From: Candidatus Woesearchaeota archaeon
GTDB taxonomy: Archaea > Nanobdellota > Nanobdellia > Woesearchaeales > GW2011-AR4
Reading direction: 5' to 3'
DNA: 50,985 bases
Assembly: GCA_023266475.1 (NCBI GenBank)
Contig: JAHFQA010000003.1
Location: 1-50,985, forward strand
Part shown: positions 38,401 to 45,132 of the stretch, piece by piece
How positions within the stretch are numbered: the first letter of the stretch is position 1
Layout of the letters: every line of letters starts with the position of its first letter
Notes under the pieces: generated by a model
Told to the model about the DNA's origin: nothing
What the model saw: the letters and a program-made list of their open reading frames with translations, nothing else
Database searches by the model: none
Program-made: the position numbers and the translations under genes

Positions 38401-39989
38401 TGAGTTATGTTATGGGTCTTATTGACAATCCTGACGAAATGGAGAAAATTTATCCCGGGTTTGTAATCCCACCTTCTAAGCTGATACCGACAGATGCAAA
38501 AGAAGTCGAATTCAGCTCCGGAGAATTTGGAAACCTTGCACTAGGTGAGTATAAGATATATATTTCTGTTGAAGGTTATGATATAGCAAAGAAGTCAATT
38601 GATATTAAGATTATAAAAACTAAAGAACAAATTATAGAAGATGATAAAAAAGCAAGAGAAAGGCAATTACTCCTAAATGCGGATGAACAAGAAGTCTTCA
38701 AAAAATTACAGGAATTTTTATTGAGAATAGAAAAAATAAATTCAGCATTTGAGAAATTAATAGAAAGTGAAGGAGATATAAACTCCCACACTGCAAGGCA
38801 AATTTCAAGGGCAAGGGACGAATTGAAATTGGTTAATTATGATACTGATTCGGCAATTGATATTATTAGGATTTTAAACGATAATGAAGCTGTAGAACAT
38901 ATTATATATGAAATAAAGAGAAAACAAGGAACCAATTCAGGATGGTATGTTTATTATTATGGCACAAATGCATTTGAATTTATCAAATCAACACTAATTC
39001 CTTATATTGAAGATAAATTAGAGAGACTTGAAAGAATAGCTGAAAATCCTTATTTGGCTGATGAAACAATATTTAAGAGGCCCGAAGAATTAATACAACA
39101 GCCTCTTCAACCACCTATAATAATTCTGGAACCATTAGAAAACTCAAGCCATGCAATCGACTCGTATATAAGATTTGAAGCAAGAGTTGTTGGAGCCGAT
39201 GACTTGATAAGTTCAGGAAAAGCAAGCATACATTGGGTTTTAAAGCAAGTTGGAACTGAATGGACACTACTAATCCTTAACATTGATAATCTTGCTCAAA
39301 TCCCATTTGCTGATGTAGATGGCAAAAAGTTTGAGCCCAATAAAGAAGCAGATCTTTCCGTGGGATTATTTGATACCGATGGAAATTTAATAGAAATTAA
39401 TGGCAAGTATATTTTTAACAAAATCTCAATAAAATTAACTCGGCCATTAACGCCTACGACTCGAAAGATTGGGGAAGTTACAGAGCCATTATCAATCCCG
39501 CAGGAAATTTTGAAAAAACCCTTAGCAACCGGCGAAAGAAATAAATATTTTGAAGGATTAGCAAGAAGTCGTAAATTTAGCCAGCCACAACAATATATTC
39601 CAGCTACATCTTCTGAGCTTTTAAATGAATGGGGCGGGTCGCTTGAAAGAAAAGGGGAAAAAGAAGGAGTGGAAAAGAAAAGAAGCTTGGTAAGTGATTA
39701 CAAAAAAGAGTTCTTAGTCATTTTGAATAGTATAAAAGAAGACAGGGCAACATTAAGACAACGGATTAGTAAATCAGGATTAGCAAAAGAAAATATGCAA
39801 GAAGTAAGAAAATTATTAAGTGAACTAGACGAGAATATTGAAAAGGCCGGCAAAACATACAAAAAAATGTATTTAGAATCAGCCAAGAGCAAGATTTACG
39901 ATTTGACATCATTAACTAGGGATGTCCAGAAACCAGTAGGAAAAAGGATAGTAAAAAATAAAACTTTAAATAAAAGTAAAATTAAATAA
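35436..39989 (+). CDS. Giant (1517 aa) polytopic membrane protein with Gly/Pro-rich loop, coiled coils and duplicated beta-rich modules; unknown function
   Basis: Uninterrupted 4.55-kb ORF. About six hydrophobic helices in aa 1-272, a GGGAGGGAGGGGGIGG tract, Lys/Glu-rich coiled-coil stretches, and a repeated KW.DIT...L.PGIKY.T.IK / FG.L..G.YKI module. Confidence 0.8.
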   Translation: MKILNKKLTSSLILIFILLSTVIYARPVTDIFSGGLIQINNFFENEGYAPYAKAIDFFFFSILFIAIYMMGARYAFKEIKRPEQVIVILLGLMTAFLLVLADISAVILLPYIQWLLYTLLFILYWWLLKGIQNKFWRFVLALLLTILTIALIQGLFNTLTAPQAPELGVPSFGLGGIGGFFKDLFGSFKGIDLGGVSAPGVPPWMKDLFGLPSVTTPTGPTPLPGITTPGGGAGGGAGGGGGIGGTPWYKNQWTYLIPLAILLLALAIWGGAKLRKKGEGKKEEEGKEAGKQQTTESIEIQKIIQEIDVYLKLKYEILKKIYIIYKRKNLLNPDPTEYYSLDKYHKKIKELLDKDASYLLDPDTHTGQDLFEEGNKVHELIKTEIGLGKALVELLSMEYKLSGFKDKKGDIQKWAESTIKEFVKSKEEFDSKTDEYKQYHNQLMAYFNKLVKISDNAKSNIHDYFEITKKHIEKEQELEKLLDPKKLEELVKTARVKQWLELVEIKTVESRNFSGISKFVKDERDFLKKYLFPAINQERGYLRYIKRLIELLASKMEIKVIVQDLKVYEKGILEGEEKWSDITESRLKPGIKYGTEIKVATRVFRGPESGELNPRFIAQCYVYKYASDKTESEIHPGGRPKPPWIPIKKTKNMSSIEFRNLIEKYKQTEEYKKKLEEYEDAINQRNIQLLLHTKPVQKTIEEVLEFESTKDFGTLEPGKYKIVVYVKSILKEQELAMKEDLALQNKDNPNYVNLDYPNALTRYGWDTKHVDIFIQSLPETKIEVEIEPKEVRKKIKNEEGIDEGTDFKITVTAIEGKPPFTVYYDILKDPIIGAENPPIFVLERPIHVDLKDPYIFTQRIIISNLDDRYLNKDKNYLIHGKYLIRIYVTGSSGIERLDKKDETIKIIVKEPPKTEISDLIISKHVPKRVIDIRLGNIGENFKWKDITNTALNPGIKYRTPIKISTKILKGISTLTASCEIFIKRRPGDMSYVMGLIDNPDEMEKIYPGFVIPPSKLIPTDAKEVEFSSGEFGNLALGEYKIYISVEGYDIAKKSIDIKIIKTKEQIIEDDKKARERQLLLNADEQEVFKKLQEFLLRIEKINSAFEKLIESEGDINSHTARQISRARDELKLVNYDTDSAIDIIRILNDNEAVEHIIYEIKRKQGTNSGWYVYYYGTNAFEFIKSTLIPYIEDKLERLERIAENPYLADETIFKRPEELIQQPLQPPIIILEPLENSSHAIDSYIRFEARVVGADDLISSGKASIHWVLKQVGTEWTLLILNIDNLAQIPFADVDGKKFEPNKEADLSVGLFDTDGNLIEINGKYIFNKISIKLTRPLTPTTRKIGEVTEPLSIPQEILKKPLATGERNKYFEGLARSRKFSQPQQYIPATSSELLNEWGGSLERKGEKEGVEKKRSLVSDYKKEFLVILNSIKEDRATLRQRISKSGLAKENMQEVRKLLSELDENIEKAGKTYKKMYLESAKSKIYDLTSLTRDVQKPVGKRIVKNKTLNKSKIK

Positions 39990-40245
39990 TTTATATCCAA
40001 AATTTTAATTATATGGGAAATTCAAAAAAATTCCCAACCCAACTACAAGATATATGCTACTTACAGCAAACGCAGTTAATTTTCCCAAAAAAAAATGCGT
40101 TTTGTGAACTAATCACTTTTATAAAAATTTAGTTCGTTGGCTAAAAAAGGAGTTCTAGCTTTGGATAATTTTATTAGAATTCAAGTTTAAGCATAAAGTT
40201 TATATATTATATCTTATACATCATTTGAATTATATTATTTATGTG

Positions 40246-40291
40246 ATGTAAAATGGAATTAATTCAGCTGGCAAAAAGGCTTGAAGGATTG
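40246..40291 (+). repeat. 46-bp direct repeat, copy 1 (left boundary of the AbiE cassette)
   Basis: ATGTAAAATGGAATTAATTCAGCTGGCAAAAAGGCTTGAAGGATTG, identical to 41941..41986. Carries an orphan start plus 13 codons (MELIQLAKRLEGL) ending in TAG. Confidence 0.95.
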
Positions 40292-40341
40292 TAGTCAGCA
40301 ACAGTATAGTAATAGAAAGATATATAAATATGTTATGTATT

Positions 40342-40368
40342 ATATTGTTATAAAAAATATAACAATAT
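40342..40368. promoter_or_regulatory. Inverted repeat ATATTGTTATA-AAAAA-TATAACAATAT upstream of abiEi (candidate autoregulatory operator overlapping a TATA-like box)
   Basis: Perfect 11-bp arms, ending 9 nt before the ATG at 40377. Confidence 0.45.
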
Positions 40369-40376
40369 GTGATAAA

Positions 40377-41003
40377 ATGGTATTAAGGCTGCTTGTAAGG
40401 AAACTGGAGTTAACAGATAAGAGATTCATCACAAGGAAAGAACTTAAATCCTACTGCAAAGAATTGAAGCTAGATTATTATACAGCTATACGGTATCTTA
40501 CATCAAACAGCTATTTAATAAGAATTTTGAGAGGCGTATTCTACATTAAGTCCATAGAAGAAAGAAAGCTAAAAAAAATAAATATAAACTATATAGATGC
40601 CTTGAAAGAAGCATTAAAAATTAAAGATGTCAAATGGTACTTTGGGCTGGAGTCTGCAATTAAATTAAATAACCTCACGCATGAATATTTTGCAATTGAG
40701 ACTATTATAACAGATTCAATGTTCAGGCCGAGACCCATAGAAATATTAGGCACAAAGATTAAATTTGTTAAGATAAGCAAGAATTTGTTTGCTTTTGGGC
40801 TTATTGGAAAAGATTTTAAGCACTCAGATATAGAAAAAACATTGCTGGACATTATTTATCTCGGGAAATATAATAATTATTCAGAAGAAGAAATAAGAAA
40901 TAAAATAGTATCTTTACTAAAAAATTGCGAAAAAAGCAAACTAATGAAATATGCAGAACATTATCCCAAAACAGCTAGCAAACTTTTACTCAAATTAATA
41001 TGA
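40377..41003 (+). CDS. abiEi: AbiEi-like wHTH antitoxin (type IV TA / abortive infection)
   Basis: Sits upstream of, and overlaps by 4 nt (ATGA), an AbiEii-type gene. N-terminal wHTH-like segment (FITRKELKSYCKELKLDYYTAIRYLTSNSYLIRILRGVFY). Track start at 40281 is a TTG inside the repeat. Confidence 0.65.
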   Translation: MVLRLLVRKLELTDKRFITRKELKSYCKELKLDYYTAIRYLTSNSYLIRILRGVFYIKSIEERKLKKININYIDALKEALKIKDVKWYFGLESAIKLNNLTHEYFAIETIITDSMFRPRPIEILGTKIKFVKISKNLFAFGLIGKDFKHSDIEKTLLDIIYLGKYNNYSEEEIRNKIVSLLKNCEKSKLMKYAEHYPKTASKLLLKLI

Positions 41004-41926
41004 TAGAAACTAAACTTATAGATTATTTGGCTGAGAAATCTGAAATAAAGAATAAAGGTTTGATTGAAAAAGACTTTATTATTCAATCACTACTAGCTAG
41101 CTTTTCGAAAAACAACTACATCAGCAAAAATTTTGTATTTAAAGGAGGTACTTGCCTTGTCAAGTGCTATCTGGGCTATTTCAGATTTTCAGAAGATCTT
41201 GATTTCACATTTATAAGCCAGAATTCATTTAAGAACAAAAGCGAAAAGGAAATAAGAAGATTGCTGTCTGCTGAGATAAATAAATTGATTGGAATAATTG
41301 TTGATATTTCAAATGCTTACGGGCTGGATTTTAAGGCAGAGAAGCATAATAAAAAGTATGTTGAATTTGGAGGCAGCAATAAATTCTTGACATTAAAGAT
41401 ATGGTATATGTCATCTGTAAATAAACTAGAGCAGTTCATCAAAATTCAAATTAATTTTGTTGAGCTTTTTGTGTACAAATTCAAAAAATTAATAGCAGAG
41501 CCATTGGTTAGTGTTCAAAAAAAAGAGGCTGAATTCTTATTCCCTGATTATTCATATATTTTACTGGCAAAACCAAAATTAACAGTGTATGATACAAGAG
41601 AACTTCTATTAGAAAAAGTACGAGCTATTTTGACAAGAAGGGAAATAAAAGCAAGAGATTTTGTTGATGTATTTCTTATCAATAAAAAATTAAACAAAAA
41701 CATCAGGGCGTTTAAAGAAGGCATTATATTAAAGACCCTATTTATGCTAAAGTATGAAAAATACAGGGAAAACTTAGAAGAGAAAACTAATTTGAAAGAA
41801 TGGGTAAAGGCAGGCCAAGAACATTATCTTCTTTTGAAACCCTTAAATGGATTTGAGCATTTTCTAAGAGAGACAAAATTATTCCTCAACGAGCTTGTAA
41901 GAGAAATCTTAAGGAAACAAGTATGA
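41000..41926 (+). CDS. abiEii: AbiEii/AbiGii (DUF1814) nucleotidyltransferase toxin
   Basis: Family-typical N-terminal NTase motif FVFKGGTCLVKCYLGYFRFSEDLDF and C-terminal LLEKVRAILTRREIKARDFVDVF. Confidence 0.8.
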   Translation: MIETKLIDYLAEKSEIKNKGLIEKDFIIQSLLASFSKNNYISKNFVFKGGTCLVKCYLGYFRFSEDLDFTFISQNSFKNKSEKEIRRLLSAEINKLIGIIVDISNAYGLDFKAEKHNKKYVEFGGSNKFLTLKIWYMSSVNKLEQFIKIQINFVELFVYKFKKLIAEPLVSVQKKEAEFLFPDYSYILLAKPKLTVYDTRELLLEKVRAILTRREIKARDFVDVFLINKKLNKNIRAFKEGIILKTLFMLKYEKYRENLEEKTNLKEWVKAGQEHYLLLKPLNGFEHFLRETKLFLNELVREILRKQV

Positions 41927-41940
41927 ATATAGATATTGTC

Positions 41941-41986
41941 ATGTAAAATGGAATTAATTCAGCTGGCAAAAAGGCTTGAAGGATTG
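41941..41986 (+). repeat. 46-bp direct repeat, copy 2 (spans the true 5' end of the next wHTH gene)
   Basis: Identical to 40246..40291. Contains the ATG at 41948. Confidence 0.95.
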
Positions 41987-42574
41987 CAAACGGTAGACAG
42001 CATAGCCAAAACCCTTGAAATAGACAGAAGAACAGCAATCAATTATGTCTGGAAATTAAGAAAAGATGGCTATGTAGGGACAATTTACGGAAAAAGGAAG
42101 ATAAGAATGTACAGGATATCTCCAATAAGACTTATTAAAACTGGTTATCCGGGACTTTACGAATTCCTGAATCAAAACTCCAGAATTAAAATCTATGCAC
42201 CATATACTAACAGGATTTATGACCATAAGCCAACTGCAGAAGAAATGATAGTAAAAGCTGTTAAAACTGGTGATTTAAGAACCATACTTTCTGCATTAGC
42301 TTTGTTTAATAAAATAAAAGATTGGCCAGTTTTAAGCCAGAGAGCAAAAGAAGAGCATATTGGCAGAAAAATAGGGGCTTTGTACGATACAGCAAGATCA
42401 ATAATGAGGGTTAAAAGAATGGACAAAAGAGCAAGAAAGGCACTCTTAAAGAGTCATGTAAAAGATAAGTTTATAGTGAAAGGCGCAAAAACAAATGACT
42501 TAAAAGATATTGAAAAAGTATGGAAAGTATATCTGCCTTTTAATAAAGCAGATTTGGAGGCCTATAAAATATGA
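41948..42574 (+). CDS. wHTH protein, putative antitoxin/regulator partner of the downstream nucleotidyltransferase
   Basis: N-terminal wHTH (VDSIAKTLEIDRRTAINYVWKLRKDGYV). 4-nt ATGA overlap with the next gene. Track start at 41936 is TTG. Confidence 0.6.
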   Translation: MELIQLAKRLEGLQTVDSIAKTLEIDRRTAINYVWKLRKDGYVGTIYGKRKIRMYRISPIRLIKTGYPGLYEFLNQNSRIKIYAPYTNRIYDHKPTAEEMIVKAVKTGDLRTILSALALFNKIKDWPVLSQRAKEEHIGRKIGALYDTARSIMRVKRMDKRARKALLKSHVKDKFIVKGAKTNDLKDIEKVWKVYLPFNKADLEAYKI

Positions 42575-43260
42575 TTAACTTGCAAGAGCAGATAAGCCTT
42601 TTTAAGATAATAGGGAGCCAGCTCAAAAATAAAGTGGAATGCGTTGCAATAGGCGGCTCCGCATTGATGTTCTATGGAGCAAAAATCACTACAAAAGATG
42701 TTGATTTGGTTTTATTGAAAAGAGAGGATTTAGAAACTGTAAAGAATGTGCTTTTTCATTCGGGGTTTGACGAAAGAAAAAATATTAAAGGCATTTTTAG
42801 GGAAGACGAAGATATGGTCAAACCCATTATGATGGGCGGCAAAGATACAAGGTTTGATCTTTTCTTAAATGAAGTTATAGGCTTCAAAATTCATGAAAAG
42901 ATTATTGAAAGAATTAAAGAAGTTCATGAATTTGGCAATTTCAAAGTAAATATAGCAAGCCCTGAAGATATTTTAATGATGAAAGGATGCACAGAAAGGG
43001 AAAAAGACAGGGATGACGCTGCAGAATTAATAAAAAAATTTAATATTAATTGGGACATTATTCTCGATGAAACATCAAATCAAGCAAAAATTGGGATAGC
43101 TGCTTTTCCAATATTGCTTTATGATTTTTTAACAGAGATAAGGGATAATTACAAGCTAGATGTTCCAAAAAAAATAACAAAAGAACTTCTTTCTATTGCA
43201 AGTAAAAGAATAAAAGAATTAAGGAAAAAGGGCAAGTTGATCAAAGTCACCAAATATTGA
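42571..43260 (+). CDS. Pol-beta-superfamily nucleotidyltransferase (DUF2204/AbiEii-like class), putative toxin
   Basis: NTase signature IGGSALMFYGAKITTKDVDLVL, a third acidic residue in RFDLF, and the helical SPEDILMMKGCTEREKDRDD motif. Confidence 0.65.
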   Translation: MINLQEQISLFKIIGSQLKNKVECVAIGGSALMFYGAKITTKDVDLVLLKREDLETVKNVLFHSGFDERKNIKGIFREDEDMVKPIMMGGKDTRFDLFLNEVIGFKIHEKIIERIKEVHEFGNFKVNIASPEDILMMKGCTEREKDRDDAAELIKKFNINWDIILDETSNQAKIGIAAFPILLYDFLTEIRDNYKLDVPKKITKELLSIASKRIKELRKKGKLIKVTKY

Positions 43261-43429
43261 AAACCACAAGTCAGAAAGATAGCACAAAGGAAAATTCCCA
43301 ATATATATCATACTAACCATTGGTTTTTGAGTATGCTCGAAAACTTTTACAAAATCCAGTGAATAATAAAAAATTCCTATATACAAAAAATAAAACTTTA
43401 TATACTTTAAATGAAATAATAATCTAAAA

Positions 43430-43879
43430 ATGCCAATTCAACAGCAAGACTTGCCGCCGCCTCCTAAAAAAGGCATATTTGGGCATTCGCAGCAGCCTCA
43501 AGGGCCTAGCGTAAGCGATTTGACTTCTGACATGAATACATTCAGCAGGAGATTAAGGCTCTTGGAAGAAGGATTTACAAACCTAAGGAGATTTTTCCAA
43601 GTAACTGAAGAAAACATTTTGGCAAAGAACAAGCATTACTCTGCTGAAATAAAGACAATAAATTCTGACATCACTGAAATAAGGAAGGAAATGCAGGAAA
43701 CAAGAGACAAGCTGGTTCTTGTAATCAGGGAATTGCAAACGTGCGCAAGAAAGGAAGAAGTCAAAGTGCTTGAAAAATACATAAACCTATGGAATCCTGT
43801 GAAGTTTGTAACCCAAAATGAGGTTGAGCAAATTATTGATGAAGTTCTGGAGAAAAAAGGCAGTAATAAAACAAATTGA
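43430..43879 (+). CDS. Coiled-coil protein with Pro/Gln-rich N-terminus, unknown function
   Basis: 149-aa ORF with heptad-like charged sequence. Its stop abuts the stop of the convergent MNT gene. Confidence 0.55.
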   Translation: MPIQQQDLPPPPKKGIFGHSQQPQGPSVSDLTSDMNTFSRRLRLLEEGFTNLRRFFQVTEENILAKNKHYSAEIKTINSDITEIRKEMQETRDKLVLVIRELQTCARKEEVKVLEKYINLWNPVKFVTQNEVEQIIDEVLEKKGSNKTN

Positions 43880-44503
43880 TTATCTTTCTTTAATAATATC
43901 AGATTCTAAAATTCTTGTCGGAATTAAAATTTGAACCTCTAGATAATCCATTTTCCAGCTGTTTAGATAATCTTTAACTTTTTCAGATTCTTCGACTGGA
44001 GAGAGAATAATCCTTTCAGAAAACTTAAATAACTTTAATTTTTTAAGCATACCCTCGCTGTTTCTCCCATATAAGCTGTAATAAAAGCGCATTCTTTGTG
44101 ATTTATTAAAGCTTTTAATATCATATCTGAATAGTACCATGGGTTTATATCCAAGACCATCAGCTATATACTTTCTTTGTACCAAACTGTAACCTTCAGA
44201 AATATAAGATTCTCTGGCAATAAATGCGGAATCAAATAAATCCTTATAGGATTTTTGTACTAAGTCTATTTCAACACCTAAGACTTCAATTGCTTTTTTT
44301 ATTTTGTAACTAAGTTCTGGATTAATTTTTGTTTTATAAATCACAAGTAAATCTAGATCCTTGGGCTTTTCTTTTCCCTTAACTGAGGAACCAAATACTA
44401 CTACGTCCAAGATTTCAACCACATTTTCCTTAACTATATTTTGAATTTTAGATGCTAATTTTGCATTCTTCAATAATTCTTTCCACATTTTTCCTGACCT
44501 CAT
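43880..44503 (-). CDS. Minimal nucleotidyltransferase (MNT) with ~100-aa C-terminal extension
   Basis: VVVFGSSVKGKEKPKDLDLLVIY MNT signature. ATG at 44503 or 44488; either overlaps the HEPN gene end (44448). Confidence 0.8.
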   Translation of the reverse strand: MRSGKMWKELLKNAKLASKIQNIVKENVVEILDVVVFGSSVKGKEKPKDLDLLVIYKTKINPELSYKIKKAIEVLGVEIDLVQKSYKDLFDSAFIARESYISEGYSLVQRKYIADGLGYKPMVLFRYDIKSFNKSQRMRFYYSLYGRNSEGMLKKLKLFKFSERIILSPVEESEKVKDYLNSWKMDYLEVQILIPTRILESDIIKER

Positions 44504-44783
44504 CGCATGTTAATTTATCAATTGTCAAAGAATAAGTTTGCCTGTAGATTGGATAATATTTGTCCAAAATGGAATATTGTTCAGAAAAATTCTCTTTTAA
44601 AATGCTAAATCTTTCTGTATGGTCTTTCGGTGTTTTCCCTTTTTTTTGCAATATTATTAAGTCCAGTACAACAAACAGGCATTTAAAATATAATATAGTT
44701 GAAGAAGTATAATCTCCTGCACTATAAACTATTTCCGCTGAATTCTTGAAACTTTTAATATTTTTAATCAAATCTTCTTTCAT
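44448..44783 (-). CDS. HEPN domain protein (COG2250 type)
   Basis: Helical protein with GDYTSSTILYFKCLFVVLDLIILQKKGKTPKDHTERF and YYPIYRQTY, matching HEPN partners of MNTs. The track ORF (GTG at 44900) runs through the operator region, so I prefer the ATG at 44783. Confidence 0.7.
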   Translation of the reverse strand: MKEDLIKNIKSFKNSAEIVYSAGDYTSSTILYFKCLFVVLDLIILQKKGKTPKDHTERFSILKENFSEQYSILDKYYPIYRQTYSLTIDKLTCDEVRKNVERIIEECKISI

Positions 44784-44896
44784 GTTGGTAGTGGAAACGA
44801 ATAGGTTATTTAAATAGCTTTCGGTTGGTAACACCAACTTTGTTGGTAGGAAAAACATTTTAGCCTTATTTAGACTTTTTTGTTGGTTATACCAAC
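44784..44896. promoter_or_regulatory. Operator array: two GTTGGT-N3-ACCAAC palindromes plus two half-sites around a TTTAAATA box upstream of the HEPN-MNT operon
   Basis: Palindromes at 44824..44838 (GTTGGTAACACCAAC) and 44882..44896 (GTTGGTTATACCAAC). GTTGGTA half-sites at 44784..44790 and 44842..44848. TATA-like 44807..44816. Confidence 0.5.
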
Positions 44897-44917
44897 GCAC
44901 TTAGCATAGAAGCCTAA

Positions 44918-45076
44918 ATACTTACGGAATGTAAGGGCAAATATGAGAAAAAAGGTAGTATTATAGGTCTTGCAGATTTGATTATAGCAAGCCAAGCCAA
45001 GGAATATAATAGGGTATTAGTCACACAGGACAAATCCTTTGAAAAAATATATGAAATCACTAAGGTAAAAGTGTAA
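44918..45076 (+). pseudogene. C-terminal remnant of a PIN-domain (VapC) gene
   Basis: Open frame with no start reads ILTECKGKYEKKGSIIGLADLIIASQAKEYNRVLVTQDKSFEKIYEITKVKV-stop. The LADLIIA....N..LVT.D..F segment is the typical PIN C-terminus. Confidence 0.6.
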
Positions 45077-45132
45077 TACGAAAGCTTTAAATACATTTAT
45101 TAAAAGTATAATCACAAAAGAGAGGTGTATTA

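Larger units (their letters stand above)
40246..41986 (+). mobile_element. AbiEi/AbiEii two-gene cassette bounded by 46-bp direct repeats (insertion or duplication event; no recombinase visible)
   Basis: The 1649 bp between the repeats hold only a short AT-rich leader with an inverted repeat, plus the two overlapping genes and 14 bp of 3' flank. Confidence 0.45.

Noticed and set aside
40281-40376. ORF-track N-terminal extensions using TTG or GTG starts. Examples are 40281 for abiEi, 41936 for the wHTH gene, 44900 for HEPN, 16659 for PadR and 724 for flpA.
   Set aside because: The extensions translate to low-complexity sequence, overlap operators or repeats, or overlap upstream genes. Downstream ATGs give family-typical N-termini.
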